A stretch of DNA of 63,894 nucleotides, counting the filler, from Choristocarpus tenellus KU-1152 (taxonomy: Eukaryota; Protista; Phaeophyceae), in the NCBI GenBank assembly GCA_964200185.2. It is 9 parts of 9 records of this genome, joined end to end, with 100 filler letters (N's around TTAATTAATTAA, not from the genome) between each part and the next. Parts side by side here need not be neighbours in the genome. Positions count along the whole stretch, not along the records: positions 45,340 to 53,606 come from CAXNAD020004917.1; positions 53,707 to 60,446 come from CAXNAD020007458.1; positions 60,547 to 63,894 come from CAXNAD020020641.1; 6 more parts are not named here. One strand, given 5' to 3'. Each line of letters begins with the position of its first letter. Within the stretch, counting starts at the first letter, position 1. A program made the position numbers and the translations under genes. This document shows, in pieces, positions 48,502 to 62,628 of this stretch. The notes under the pieces were generated by a model. It was given only the letters and a program-made list of their open reading frames with translations, had not been told where the DNA came from and ran no database searches.

Positions 48502-51500
48502 CTTCCACGCCTCATGCGGCAGCTGCATAGCCAGGGTCTGCAGATGACGGACTGCTACAGTGCCCTCCTTCTCTGGATCACTCCCCATACCTTGCCCCTC
48601 ACCCCCATCCCTGTCCAACCTGTACATCCCTGACCCAAGGTTATCATCCTCCTTGCTAACCTGGCCCCCAACAATACTACTGCCCCCTCCTTCCAGGCCA
48701 TCACTCCTCTTGGACTCATTGCCCAACCCCTCCGCCCGACCTCCCACGCCCATTGCTCCCCTACCCCTGACATTGAGGGACCGTCCAATGAGAGCTCCGC
48801 CCCCTCCCTTGCTCTCCCCTCCAGCCCGAATGCCTGAAACAGATGAAAGAGAACATACAAGAATGTGAGGAGGGAGGGAGGAAGGGAAAGAAGGTCACCA
48901 CCGACTGGTATCTAGGTCAATTGGTGAGGCTTTAGAGGTAAGAGAGCGGAGGCCAGGGCTGAGGCAGGGATTGGAGGGTGAACACCAACATCTCAAAGCG
49001 AGGGGTGATGGAGTGTGGTCCCACTTCAGAGCTAGAATGAGATCGAGATCGGGCACTACAAGGTTAATGTAGGGCACAGGAAGAGAGTTCATGTGATAAC
49101 CTCTTCATTCAAGACTGTGAGTGGCGCTCAAGCATTTAGGGTTAGGGTTCTCAAGGTAGGGAGAATGTTAGGCAACATGACTTGGAGTGAGGTATCGTGG
49201 TCGATTCATACTTACAGAGAGTGCTATATATATAGTGGTGTGATGGATAGTGACAGTCAAGCTACGTCCTGTCGGGAATGAAGTGATGTCATTTCATTCA
49301 CAAGGGCTGAGTGCTGGGATGGGATGGGGTGGGGATTGGGACCGACAAAGCTTGGTTCTCACTACTAACGACTGCCCACGACAGGGTAACAATCAGCTCC
49401 ACCTTTCCAGAAAATTCCACCAGCCAGTGTCTGTGAGCATACTTGAGAACATGCCCCAAGACTTCAACACAAGATACACATTGGCAAGTCACAGCTAAAA
49501 AAAAGGACAATCCTCACCTGGGAAATCATATCATGCAAGTGACAAAACAGGAACAGGTAGGTGCGGTACATCTCTACCCTCCACTCTGCCCCCCCCTTAC
49601 CCCAAAAGAAACTAGGACATACAGATGAGAAGGAGAAAGCCTGCTCACCCCACACTCATCTTATCTCCATACCTAACCACATTTACCAGTGTGTACTTCA
49701 ATTCTCCACACAACCTTGCCCTTCCATCAATCTGATTGCCTCTCTCTGCTCCATTCACAGTCAGTGCAAACATAAAGATGCACATTTGACACATGTAGAC
49801 AGCACTGACCCAACAATAACCCAACAAGATACAAGTGCCAATAACTACTCACATCCAATACCTACCCTTGTCTCCCATTCTTCAATTATTCACAGACCTC
49901 AACAAATCCCACCTGGGACAGTCAGCCTCAATCCAAACACTTCACAGTTTACCCATAGACATTACTACTGCATTCCAACTAGTCTTGTTTCAATCACATC
50001 CGTACTTGTCGTACTTGTCACCTGAATCAATTCTTGATAACACTTCATCTTCTGAGTCTGAGCCCTCCCCATCCCGACCCCCAACTCCTTCCCCGCCAAC
50101 ATTGTCACCCTCCCGTTCCTGTCTCGCAGCCTCCTCTGCGGCTGCAGCTGCCCCTGCCCCAGCCCTTACCACCAAGCCATAAAGAGTGAACGGGATAAGG
50201 GGCTCAGGCTGCCTCTTGAGATGCCACACCACTAGACCTGCTATGAGGTGTGGATTTTCCTGCTCCTTCAGCTTGTGAGTCCCGTCTGGACTCCAGATTG
50301 AGTGAAAGCATATGCATAAGTAGGAGATGGGAAAAGCAAGAGCACGAGGGCAGGAAGATGGGAAGCAGTGGAGGATTTCAATTAGTAGCAGTTCATGAGG
50401 ACTTCTTTGGTCCTAAGCAAAAGCCCAGGAATGACATGTCATCATTGCTTCCCTTCCCCCAGAGAGGAATTACAAGGACATATATCAAGGGTAGGAATGA
50501 AGGGATATCGTATTACTTGGGAAGCTCTCAGAAAATAAAATATGACAACAGAGATGAGTTCCAGCATGCAATACTCCTAATTATCCTCCACAATCACATA
50601 CACATACACTTGCAGCAACAGCACAATGTCTACAGGGCAATGATTTAAAGCTCAATAAAATCTTTCTGCTGTCACCTCGGCAAATCTCCTGCCAAAGCTG
50701 TCGTATCTCCGTCAGACTTGCAGGATGGCGAAACAATCCTGGTTCATGCAACCCTATACCCAATAGGGCAAATAGATAGAGGAGGGGATTGGGGTGGTGT
50801 CAAAAAGGATGAGGGGGAATAGAATCGACCACCTGATAAAGCTTCCTCCTAACAACATTCAAGAGTTGCCCTGGCAAAAGAAAAGTGCAATCATCATCAT
50901 TGCATCTCTTAAGAACATGACAGCGGTGGCATGGTTACTTGAAGTAAAGTTCGCATGAATGCTACCACTTAGCAGAGGAGTATAGCGTTGAACCTTGTCC
51001 CACAGTGTAAAACAGACGTTAGAGATATAAAGTAAATCAAGGGCAAGGGGTAAGTGGATGTAGGAGAAAAGGGAATGCTCTTGTGATCTGAAATGTGAAC
51101 CTCGCACCTCGTTAGCCATAATAACTCTCAACTAGTTGGCAAGGAAATCTAGAACTCCTTCCGCCTCGTTCTCGAGGTAATTTTTGGGTTATCAACGACA
51201 TACAAATGAGTTCAACCAAAGTCGCCCAATCGACTTTGATCCCCTTCCCCACAACTATAGTCACCTCGCTTTACAAGTGGCACGTTTCAAAGATTATTCC
51301 CACCAAGCAATGATCTGGCGCATCAAACACATCAACGCCGTGGAGAGGATGATTTGGGTTTCGGAATATCCAACTAAAGCACTATGCATTGGAGGACGAG
51401 ATTCTTTCATAGTTCCATGTGATCAGCCAAGGTCAACAAGTAGGGTAACCTATACGCCCCTGGTCTTAATACCACCTCGCCCTTGCCAAGAAGAGTGCCG

Positions 51501-51831
51501 TTTCTATCACCTTCCCGACCTAAGTTGCGCGAACCCAACGCGGCTGCAAATACATTGAGAATAATAGCCTCTATGTGCAGTTCCTCCTCGTCAAATAAGA
51601 AGGACCACATCTAAAACTAAGCGAAGGGGGCTCACAACTGACAAACCTCACCATTCCTCAATGAGGAAAAGAGAGGAATAAGTTGAGGGATTTCAAAACG
51701 CTTTTGAGAACAATTTTACCTTTTGATCGGAGCTCCTCGAAGCATGCTGACAAGATATCCATTGTTCCAGGACCTCCCTCCGCTACTGCCGGCGGTGGCT
51801 GCCTTTCGGCCATCGCCCACCACCGGGGACC
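48502..51831 (-). CDS. RhoGAP-domain protein, partial; exons 51831(or ATG 51813)-51720, 50753-50676, 50285-50022, 48833-48502
   Basis: Spliced product DILSACFEELRSKGLHEPGLFRHPASLTEIRQLWQEICRDGTHKLKEQENPHLIAGLVVWHLKRQPEPLIPFTLY...HLQTLAMQLP contains the RhoGAP boxes with the GLFR arginine finger. Junctions are phase-consistent. Confidence 0.85.
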
Positions 51832-53606
51832 CTATTGAGGCGCAATCCTCTATCTCTTCACAATCCTGGCGGACCAGCCCTCCACACTCCAGCTACCCAC
51901 AAATGACACCCGTACACGGGCAAAGCCCAGTTGACCCTTCAACACCCGTAGGCACCACACTCACACCAATTCAGTGCCCTGCCAAGCCTTCATAGTAGAG
52001 AGATTCTTCCATGTTTTTTTCTAAATGGTGTTGTCCTACTTTAGTTTTTATTATTCCAGGAGATCAGTTGATACATATTTTTAAGATTTTTTTTCCATGT
52101 GACATTTTGTGAGGTTGATGGGGGAAGGGGAAAAGGAATATGTAACATACATATTTTTCGTTTTATTGTATCTCCGTATCTCTGTTTACACTAAAGAATA
52201 TATAGGACTACTATAAGTTGGTGGGTCAATTACGTGATGCAATATACCCCACTATATAATCTGTCACCTTCCCGCTCTGGGCGCTCTAGGTAGGTTGTGA
52301 TGGGAAACATATCAACAACACTTGTTCAAAGAGAGTCTTTCACAACAGAAATGCAACAGTGACTGCACCACAAAATATGAGAAACGAACACCGATGTGTG
52401 TTCGACTTGATGCAGATTCGGGGTGTAGGTCACGTTACAACAAGGAGACCTGTAATCCTTTTCATGTAGGAGGAGGTGCACCATCAGCAAGGGTGCCACC
52501 TGGCATCACCGGCGAGATCAACTAGTGGTTCCAAGGGCCCTGACAGGGACATGCTTCACCAACTACAATACAACAGTGAAGACCTCTAGGGTTCCCAACG
52601 CCACACCACAGGCCTATTCTCACTCGTCGTGCTCAAGATGCCAATGCCCTACTACTTGTAGCAATATGCTGAAGTACCTCACTCAAGTGTTGAGATCAAG
52701 CTGTATAGCTACAGTGACATCACTTTACCGAGAACAGTATGCCAAGCTCCAGAAGAACTTGCCTACACCACACACCACACCTGCATACTGCGTTGCATCG
52801 GATTTCGTATATGGAGTCACGCACCGATCACAACCTGTTAGTCAGAGATGTTTTCCTTGATCAGTGGTATCTAATGAGTGTGGCAATATTGAGGTGACTG
52901 TGGGGAGCTAGGGGGTTGTGTTCCCCAAGTGTTAGGTGTACACAAGGGGAATGAGCGACTAGCTCAAGATCGTCGCAATAATGTTTGGATTGCTTGGAGT
53001 TGAAAAAATGGGCCAGGGTGAACAGGAAGAGAAGGACTGGTTGGTGTGTATTTCCAGTTCGATCTTCGGTATCTGTGCCCATCTTAGGATCCCTGGTTAT
53101 GGATGGGGTGGCGTACAAGCACACAAAACGAATGCATGTGCTACAGATGGTGTGCTAGTCGATCAACCAAGCGCTTGAATAGGCACCTGGTATGCTAAGA
53201 AAGTCAACAGGATAATAGCTCGCCATACTAAAGAAAGTACTGAGGCATCTGTCACGAAGAACACTCATTATTACCTGCCGAGCGTGATTTTTGTTGTGTG
53301 TGATAGGTGTTCGGATAGATGGTGGATGATGTCCCACTCCCTGACCTTTAGCGTTGATATTATATTTGTACTCTAATCGGTCGTATCGAACGATAAAACG
53401 TGACGTTGCTTCCCTTTTCTACTTCGTTAAGGCGGTTCATTCGAGATTACAATTATATTATTATTATGACCTCTAACTTTTTGCAGATGTGTCAGGGGGA
53501 AAACCAATGAAAACTATACATATGTCATTATTAGCCCTAAAGAAATAAAATATCATAAATGTGAAAATGTGAAAAAGGTGGAAACAGTCGACAGGTTCTT
53601 CGTAAT

Positions 53607-53706
53607 NNNNNNNNNNNNNNNNNNNNNNNNNNNNNNNNNNNNNNNNNNNNTTAATTAATTAANNNNNNNNNNNNNNNNNNNNNNNNNNNNNNNNNNNNNN
53701 NNNNNN
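53607..53706. other. Artificial contig linker
   Basis: N44-TTAATTAATTAA-N44. Confidence 0.98.
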
Positions 53707-56700
53707 TAATTGATTGTTCCATTACTCCATAAATAATTTACTGTAACTGTCCGATAGAGTTGGAAGAGTCTAATCGAACACATGCTATTGGCTCGATTTG
53801 TTAGTTAAGGTATTCCATTGATGCAAACAATTTTTCTTTTCATATCACCTTCAGTCGGTAAATATCTATTGTCCAGACAAGAATTTATCGTGTAGAGTGT
53901 CAAACGTTTGGATCTGTGTTGTTACATACAACAAGCGGTACATTTTCTGGGGTGTGCAATTCTACAACTTGTGACATAACATGATACCTTAGAAGTTCTG
54001 TACAATAAAGAGAAATGAAAAAACTGATGAATACAATACATGATATCACTCACAGTAGCACCGCTCCTAACTATTGGGACAGATTGAAGTGCTCAGAGCT
54101 CATGTGGCGAAGTCGCAACACCACTCGAATTCACCACAACCAAACAAAATATGGGATAAGCAAACCTGAATCTGATAACAAGGAAATTTCTACAGTGAGG
54201 TGTATGTTGCAAGGTACAACATAGAGAGACATCATACATTTGTTCTTCTCATTTGGAGAGAACACAAATGCCAAAACTTAGCGAAGATATGACACTCCAC
54301 CAAATTCAGCAGGATAGGATCTCATACAGCACTGATCAGTCAAGGACACCCCTTACCCCTTTCCACCCTTCCCATGTGTCATACTAACTGAGAGGTGAGC
54401 TATGCACATTTTGACCATTTTGCAGCGATGTATGTCATTTCGTAATGGATTCCCCTGTGCAATACATCACATCTTCACTCGTTACGTAGCCCCAATAAAC
54501 TAGCGCATCACTGCAGAAGAGAGGATGTGAACAATACACACAAGTGCGTCTCTGTCTTGCACCACGTCTAACTATCAATAGAATATCACATGTATACATT
54601 ATTCTCCTGTTTGGTGAGGCTAGGCCTACTCACCCTAACAAAAATGTGGATAACCCAGAAGTCATGCTCTGTACAAAAAAAGCAAACAAGCAATTCCTAG
54701 ATACTCAATATTATGCAGTCTGCCTCCTTCATCACATCTGTACAAAATGTTAGCGGAAGAGATGAAAACACAGGTGTTCTTCAAAAAATTTTAGCGTAAT
54801 TTTTTTTAACTGGTCGTGTACAGACGCACCTTAAAATGAGAACAAAACAAGAAAATTTGACAACGGGTAGTAGCCAACAAAAACTCAGGTGTTGCATCTC
54901 TTCCATGGGATCATATCAAAAAAGATTAAACACTATATATAGTCACAAACCTCCCCCAAATCGACAATGATAAAATAGCAAGGAAAATGTTGCTTCAATC
55001 CTCGGGGCGAAAGGTTGGGAATATGAGCTATGGGATTACTGCCTTGTGATACCTTGCGATTCAACTTCTTGTTCCCCAAAATACCACTCCTGGACGAATC
55101 TCTTCTAAAAACCAGTGGAGAAAATATACTTACAAACGATAATGTTTTGTCAAGTTTCGTAAGGAGTTATGAGACCGATTTGAAAACAGTGGTAAAAAGT
55201 AGAATTCTAGGAAGATGATTTGAAGGGGGACCTGGTCTTATACAAACAACGCATTACACAACATCAATAGGCCCTCGTAATCCACACAGCCACACCCATA
55301 TATATTATACAACATCACTACACCCTCGTCATCCAGTCAACCACACCATCTCAACGACGTTCCTACTTTTTGATACATCCATACGTCGTCGGTGATTTAG
55401 CAGCTATCATATCATACTACATCTTGTAATTTCCGGTATTGCACTGTTCAAGGAGGAGACAATGATCAATAGTACCACTGTAGCTCACTGTACGCGTTCT
55501 GATCTTCATTTCAAATATATATGTAGGGTCTACACTACTGACGATGAAATGAAACAATAACTACTATTATGCAATACTATTGATTCTTCTACAGTACTTC
55601 TACAAGTAGTCAACGCAACAACAACACCGTCTTGAACAGGAAGGTCATCGTCACAACTTCAATTTCATCAACATTCCAAATGTCTCTCAATCTTGTAAGC
55701 ATTTTTATGTAACGTTTTGCACCCGACTGGGCTGGATAGATTGCGCTACTGTGTGCACTGACCTTGTTACAGGAAGGGCTCGCCTCTCTAGAGTGGTCAT
55801 TCCATATCTGTCAGTATCACCCTCGCCTCTCCCACTCCAGATAAACAGCAGGTGGCCTTTCAAATACACAATCTCCAATCTCCGAGGGAGTCATATGCAA
55901 TACGTCAGATCCTATCCCCGCCATTCAACCACTTGAAACTCAAAATCACCAACACAGTCTATTTCGTTGTTCCCCGGTGAAGTCCACCTGGTTACCCTTC
56001 CCAAAACGCTTCACAGATCAACTACATTCATCTCATGCCATCAAGGGGGATGGCACTCTTTATGATACCAATGGATCCTTTGCAAGACCTCAGGTGCACA
56101 TGCCCGATAGTGATAATCTCTATCTTCGCCTTGGCAGCTAAACCAATACCTCAACAACATAGCACCCCTCTGCAACAGATTTGTCTCCATCTCTCGAAAC
56201 TATTTCTATCCACATCTCAAACACGCCTTCTGGATACAGTATGTTTGAAATGCCTCTTCCAATAATATTATGTTGTTTCAACCGACACTCCTCAACTTGA
56301 GAGCAGATACACAAAGGTATCGAGACAACGAGAGACACCACAGGACAAGACTGACAAAGATCGGATTCTGCATCGTAAATATTACTCCCACCTACTCCTG
56401 TTCGTCATCGATCGATCAACCTCCTGGACGAGCTCAGGTGAATCAACTCCTTGGCGTTGCCTTCAACCGTGTGTCTCTAACGAAGCCCACTGGCAATTTC
56501 CACACGGTAGGGGAAAGATCATCTTGCAGAATAGACACAAATCCCTCCCCTTCCCCCTTAGAAGTACGATCAAAACTAAGAACATGATCGGTAAATCGAA
56601 ATGTTTAAGACAGGCTACTGGGGTTCCAATCAGATTGATCCAGACCTGGATATGACCCGACTATGGCTGAGGTTTGAATTGGCGGGACTAGTAGAAAGGA

Positions 56701-57449
56701 GTGGCTAGGTCGCGTTTCTAGATCGCACACTTCGCCACATGGGAAAGGTAGTCTGGTGGATGATATCCATTAATGGGAACATATGCGAAAATATCATGTT
56801 GCCCCACAACGACTAGATGTAACTCCGATCGCGCCAACATTGATGAAGGGAGTGAGCCGTACGTGCATTCCTCAAAACTACCACGATCATGGCACATCTA
56901 CCTTCGTGGAGACTATGAGGGTGCTGGCATCTCTCAAGGCCGATCGAAATCACTCTTGCCGATATATCTGCCCTCCTCCATTCTGTACCAAGAGACATTC
57001 CCTTGTATTTCTGACTCATACTCTGGGCCACGATTTTTAATTTTGGGTCATCAGATAGCTTAAACACACCATCCCTCCCCATGACCCCTTCCTTCACCCG
57101 TCCATCGATCACAGTCCATCACAGTCCGTAGAATTTCCTTCGAGGTTAGTTCGACTGCGAGATGGAACCTAACAGGGAACTTCAAGCAGGCATGGAGGTA
57201 TGTTGAGTGCAGGGCACGAACTGTGAAGGTTCCCCAGTGAGACTTTACTGCTGCTTCTGTCATTTGACTGCTCACTTGCCTTGACAAAAGGGACAGGCAG
57301 AGGTGAAGGCGACAAAGAAAAATGAGAAATGATGAGGATGACAACACATTCCCAGATACCATGCCATCGAGTTGAGCGATCTAGTCAGTGTGCAGAACAA
57401 CATATCATCCCAAGTGGCATGCTCAATTCACTCCAAGTACATCGTACAC

Positions 57450-59100
57450 GCATAGGGTTCAATACGGCTAAGCTATCAAGTGCACCAAATTGAGCACAGA
57501 GTCAAAGTATACGAGAGGTACCCAGTTCTTGGACGTTTTGCATTATATGACAGTTTTTCAATCTTTTGCAATTTGCCCATAGCTCTTGTTCTATAGATGA
57601 AGTGCAAAGATTGACATGAGAGGAAACATTTCTCTAATTGTTTGAAACCTCTTGACACAATTCGGAATATATCCTGTACATATTTGTAAAAATTGTAGAA
57701 TTACGAACACAGATGTTGATATCCCCAAGATGCAGCTCTAAGTACCTCTCATTTACATCGACTTGCACCCAAGGTCTGTACATACTCCATATAACACATG
57801 CGCCGCATGAGCGTGATGTTTTCACACCACGTCATGGACCGAATGCTGACGTTCTCCCTTGAAGTAGCAACACTACTTGAGTTCTCTCATCATTCTGCAC
57901 CATCGGAATCCCACACCATCAACACTTGATCTATGTCACTCTTCATCTTCAATCACGATCTGCAAGTACCCAGCTCCATATGCTGCAAAACAATATAGCA
58001 ATATACCTTGAGATATCCCAAACTCTACATGGCGCATGAACCTGCTAGCACAATAGAGATTGATCACTGTAACCCCTGACGGGTCAATACTTCCATTCGT
58101 AGGAGCGCCAGTATCAACAACACCACCACCACAAGATTCGGCACCAACTTGAGGAGGTATTCCAGCAGGCTATATTTCATTTCAAACTACAAGTTGTGCA
58201 AGGGAAGTAAGAGACTTCTACTCCAGCAATACTGTAGCTACTTTTTTTTCTATGGATTAGGAAATCATGGTCACACTGTTCCAGGGCTTTGTGCGAAATC
58301 AATTACTCCAAGTCTACTTACATATCACCCCCTCAATTGGATCACAAGAGCTCTTCTTGAGCTCTGATGCTTGAAATCCGACTTTCAGAGGAACATGTTG
58401 CTACGTCTGATATTGACATCGAACAATAACGATCTCATCTCCAAATGACTTCATCGCAATTTGTGTTTCACAGGCGAGGAATAGGAGGAATCAATGGACA
58501 ATGCGAGTGGTGGGATACAAGAGCGACAGCAGCAGCATCAATTGCAGTGAAGGTCGTGATGATGATTTTTCCATCACTCATAACCCCACCAACGGAGGCA
58601 ATATCAGCGTCACCGGCCCTTATCCCTTGCGGAATGAACTGGGTCGCCCCAATCTGCAGCAGCCGGTAGGCCTTCTCCATTTCCTTAGCAACCTTTGAGT
58701 GTTCTCCATTGCTCACTCATCTCATGGTTGTCTTGTGCAGAACCTAGCAAATTTCATCAACCCAATTCTTCTGGTTGGATGTAGACATAGCACTTCTTGA
58801 GTTGCAAGGCACTAGGAATGCAGATTGAAACAAGGGCCTTTCCTGTGTTCCAACAATACCCCAAGTGTGTACCTGCGGCATTTCTTGGCACACGGTTTGA
58901 GCACAATGTCGATTTCACTTGATGGACACTGCTTTCCAAGTAGAGCTCTCTAAAATGTTCACATTGGTGAAGCATTGTCTGGACAAGTTCGATGGTTTGT
59001 CTCAAGAATGACTCTCAAGGATGCTTCATCTCGATTTACAATTTCCAAATGCACAGTTTCATATATGGAACGATCATACTCCAAAATGAATGGTTCAAAT
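57450..59100 (-). mobile_element. Ty1/copia relic (integrase C-terminus followed by an RT fragment)
   Basis: TIELVQTMLHQ...NRVPRNA...WNTGKALVS...KCYVYIQ (copia integrase tail) lies upstream of QVDVNERYLELHLGDINI (QxDVxxAYL-like RT motif), giving INT-RT order. Heavily decayed. Confidence 0.55.
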
Positions 59101-60253
59101 GTGCAATGTAGTGAATTTCTTGACTTAGTGGTTCATGCTAGCCCTTAATACATTCCTAACTGTGGTAAACATTCCGAGTTCCGTTTTGCTGGGGTTGTCA
59201 TCATGTACGCTGTAGAACACCAAGGTAGATGAGATCTGCAGAGGGAAGGAGAGAAAGGAACAAGTGTCACCAAGAAATATTGTTGGAAAAGGTAAGGAAG
59301 GGGAGGTGGGGGAGGAGGAAGAGAAGGAGTACGTGAACAATGATGAGCAACACGGAACAAGCCAGAAGAATATTTTGGACATGGCCTTTAGAGCTTTTGC
59401 AGCTAGCGCCAGGGAGGACATCTGCTCAAAACTCCATGAAACCCTTCGGACCTTCGATCAAGTGGTGGGTGTGTTACAGTACATCAAAATTATAGCACAG
59501 AGAAAATAATGCTCACTGCTGTAGGGACAAAGATCACTCTCCACTAAGGGGGGCCAGGGTTATCGTTCAGCACCATACCACTTACTGTGTGTGTGCCTGC
59601 CTGTCTTTCAATGATGCTGTTTACAGCAGACATTTACACGCCTGGTCTCCAAGGGAATGACACCATTCATGACAAATACTTCCAAGTATTGAAATCATTG
59701 GTTCTGATTCACAATGCTCTCTGCACCTTCCATGAGAGGAACTGAGTGTATTCTTGAGTATGTAGTGTTTTGAATATTCCTCATGCTGTTCAACATTACC
59801 ACACATGCCAAGGTCTTTTGTAACAGATGATGTAACATCCTGCTTGTTGAACCTTTCATCCTTGATCTTAGACCCAAGAGAGGGGCATTGCCAGGATGTG
59901 TGAGGAGCTGTGGAAGATGGAGTCTAATTCACGTGCAAAGTACATGCGTATAGTCAGGAATGCAATGAACTCAAAGGAAACAAATCCACAGGTGCTTAGA
60001 GGTAGCTCAATTGTAACCCACCTTGATGTTTCACACCAATATCAATGTTCCTCCGTAGCACTCCCCAAGGTGTCAAATTTATGAGGACCCTTTGAAAGCA
60101 AAACGTCTCTTTGAACAGTTAAAGCAGGATAGGGATATTTTGAGGATTTTGTGATTTCTCTTTCAATGATGACTGGAGTCTAAGTTTCCATTTTGACGTT
60201 TCAATGCATGTCGGACCACAATAAGTAGAATCGTACACGCGTTTCCTGTGTGT

Positions 60254-60433
60254 GGGTCAAAGTATCTGGGGGAGGGTGGCGGCTGTCCATTTTGGGGCCA
60301 ATTTTTTCATGGCCCGATTTTTGTGTGATTTGGTTCCATACGTTGGATGGATAATGAAAGTGCACTTTTCCTGGTTTTGGTCCAAATGGACACTCTGGTG
60401 TAGACCCTTCCCCCCCCCCAGACACTTTGGGTC
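60254..60433. mobile_element. MITE family A, full length (180 bp), TGT/TGT flanks
   Basis: GGGTCAAAGTATCTGGGG...CCCCAGACACTTTGGGTC. Confidence 0.92.
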
Positions 60434-60446
60434 TGTAGCACACTTC

Positions 60447-60546
60447 NNNNNNNNNNNNNNNNNNNNNNNNNNNNNNNNNNNNNNNNNNNNTTAATTAATT
60501 AANNNNNNNNNNNNNNNNNNNNNNNNNNNNNNNNNNNNNNNNNNNN
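60447..60546. other. Artificial contig linker
   Basis: N44-TTAATTAATTAA-N44. Confidence 0.98.
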
Positions 60547-62628
60547 GTAGCGTCGTTTTGAGGTCGTTGGATTTGAGTTGTACATCCTGGAAGGTGAGCA
60601 TTGAGGGGCGCCTGTAACAATCCTGAAGAAAAGAAACAATGACAAAAAAAGAAATCAAAACAGTGGAAGCGGACCAGAAAAAAGAGGAGAAAAGAGAAGA
60701 AACGAAAAAGAAGAACGGGATCTGGAAGAGATAAACACGATCACACAAAAAGCGTCAGGGGAAGGGAGGGAAGAAAATGAACAATGGGTGCAAGAGGAGG
60801 TTAACAAAGGAAACGATATTCAGCAGGTTCACAAATCTGTACCATTGTAGGCGAGTCGACGTATGGACTATTAATTAACCTACCACTACTAACTACTACT
60901 TTTGCCAACAAAAACTTTGGTGGATGTAAAGAAGTGTTTGGGGAGAATTAGTATTAGACCAAAAAAAGCCACAATATATATATATTGGTATTAGTCACAA
61001 GCATTTTATGGTGGACCTGCATCATACACCATACGTGCTTTTTGTACGCCATACTTGAGACCTCGTGAATGTGTCCACTCGTTCAAAATGAGGAGAGTTG
61101 AGAGACAAAATCGCATTGTATTATTGGTATATCTAAACGTTCACCAACATACACATATTGTCCATTGATGGACTTGGTTAACACGAGATGTCAAGTCAGT
61201 GGTGGTAGTGAACAGGTGAAAACTAAGATCTGTTACCTGTTGTCTAATTTCTTCAAAAAAGATAGACTAAACTCATCTATGACAATATGACATACAAGCA
61301 ATGTCCAAACTAGATGGTCAACTTATGTAAAGAATTATGATATATGGGTAACACACGAGATTTGGGGCAAGGCACACAGGTTATAACAAGGATAGGCCGG
61401 GATCTGTACCAGACATACATCCAATAATGTCTTTACTTTGATGATAGGTTAAAATTATTACGATACTGCATGATATACATACTATGCAAAGGAATATGGT
61501 AACATTAAATACGAACTGTCAAGTCGACACTGTGTGGGACAAGAATTTTACTACTGATTATTCAATTCATTTACTCTATGATAGGCTGCAATCATTTCAT
61601 GGCTTTGTGGGATCTGTCCTGTTCTTTCGTGAAGATCACAAGACGTTCCATAGCCACAAAGACGAAGGCGATATAGAAAACATTAGCGGACGATTGGTGA
61701 CTAGGACCAGGCCTATGTCCAACAATGCCGTGTCAATAGTGTACTGGTCAATAGCGGGTCGAGCGAATTGATGGTCTATGACCAGCAATGGTAATGTTTT
61801 TCCAGAAACAAATAATCCAGTTCATTCAAGTCCGGTGTGGGAGGTTGAGCTTGAGGATAGTAACGCTTCATTCTACCCAGATGAACGGGAAATGGACGTC
61901 AGGTTCCAGGTAATACTTACCCTGTACACGATTGGTGATACCTTGGGATGTACTTCATACGGACCCCTCCAAGGGTGAAGGAACTTTGGATTTGAACAAT
62001 AGTAGTACTCTCATGTGGCCTATGGACTAGGACTTTTTTACCAGGTACGAAAAACGGGGAACACGAGACGTTGGTTGGCACGCTCCTGAATTTTAACTTG
62101 TTCATGGAGGTTACGGTGTGCCAACTTGAATGCAGGCTGTAAATTGTCTTTGGTGATGCTGATTAAACTCTTCAGTAGTGACATCTGAATCAGCATGAGA
62201 TGACAAACCAAGGATAATATCAACGGGTTAACGAACTTGTCTTCCAAACAGATGGAAAAATGGGGTTTCATGCAACTTTGCACCGAAAGCTGTATTATGG
62301 GCTAAACTGTACGAAAGGCAGTAGCGATGCCCAGTTATCTTCAGCAACGAGGGTATACATTGCTAGCATAGAATGTAACTTAGCGGGCACTCTCCCTAAC
62401 ACATAATTCCTTGAGGACCCTGGCGATACAGTGAAGTCTTGAGTTATTGTAACGAGAGACAGACTGCCACTCTGCAACGATGCTCTGTTTTCTAATTCAG
62501 TAACTTGACGTGAGTGCCACAACACGGGTGGACCAAATATTGAAAATACACGTTCTACCAGCATGGGAACAATTATTGCAACCTCTTTGTTTGGAAGAGG
62601 GCACAGCGCAACAAAACGAGTGAGATTG

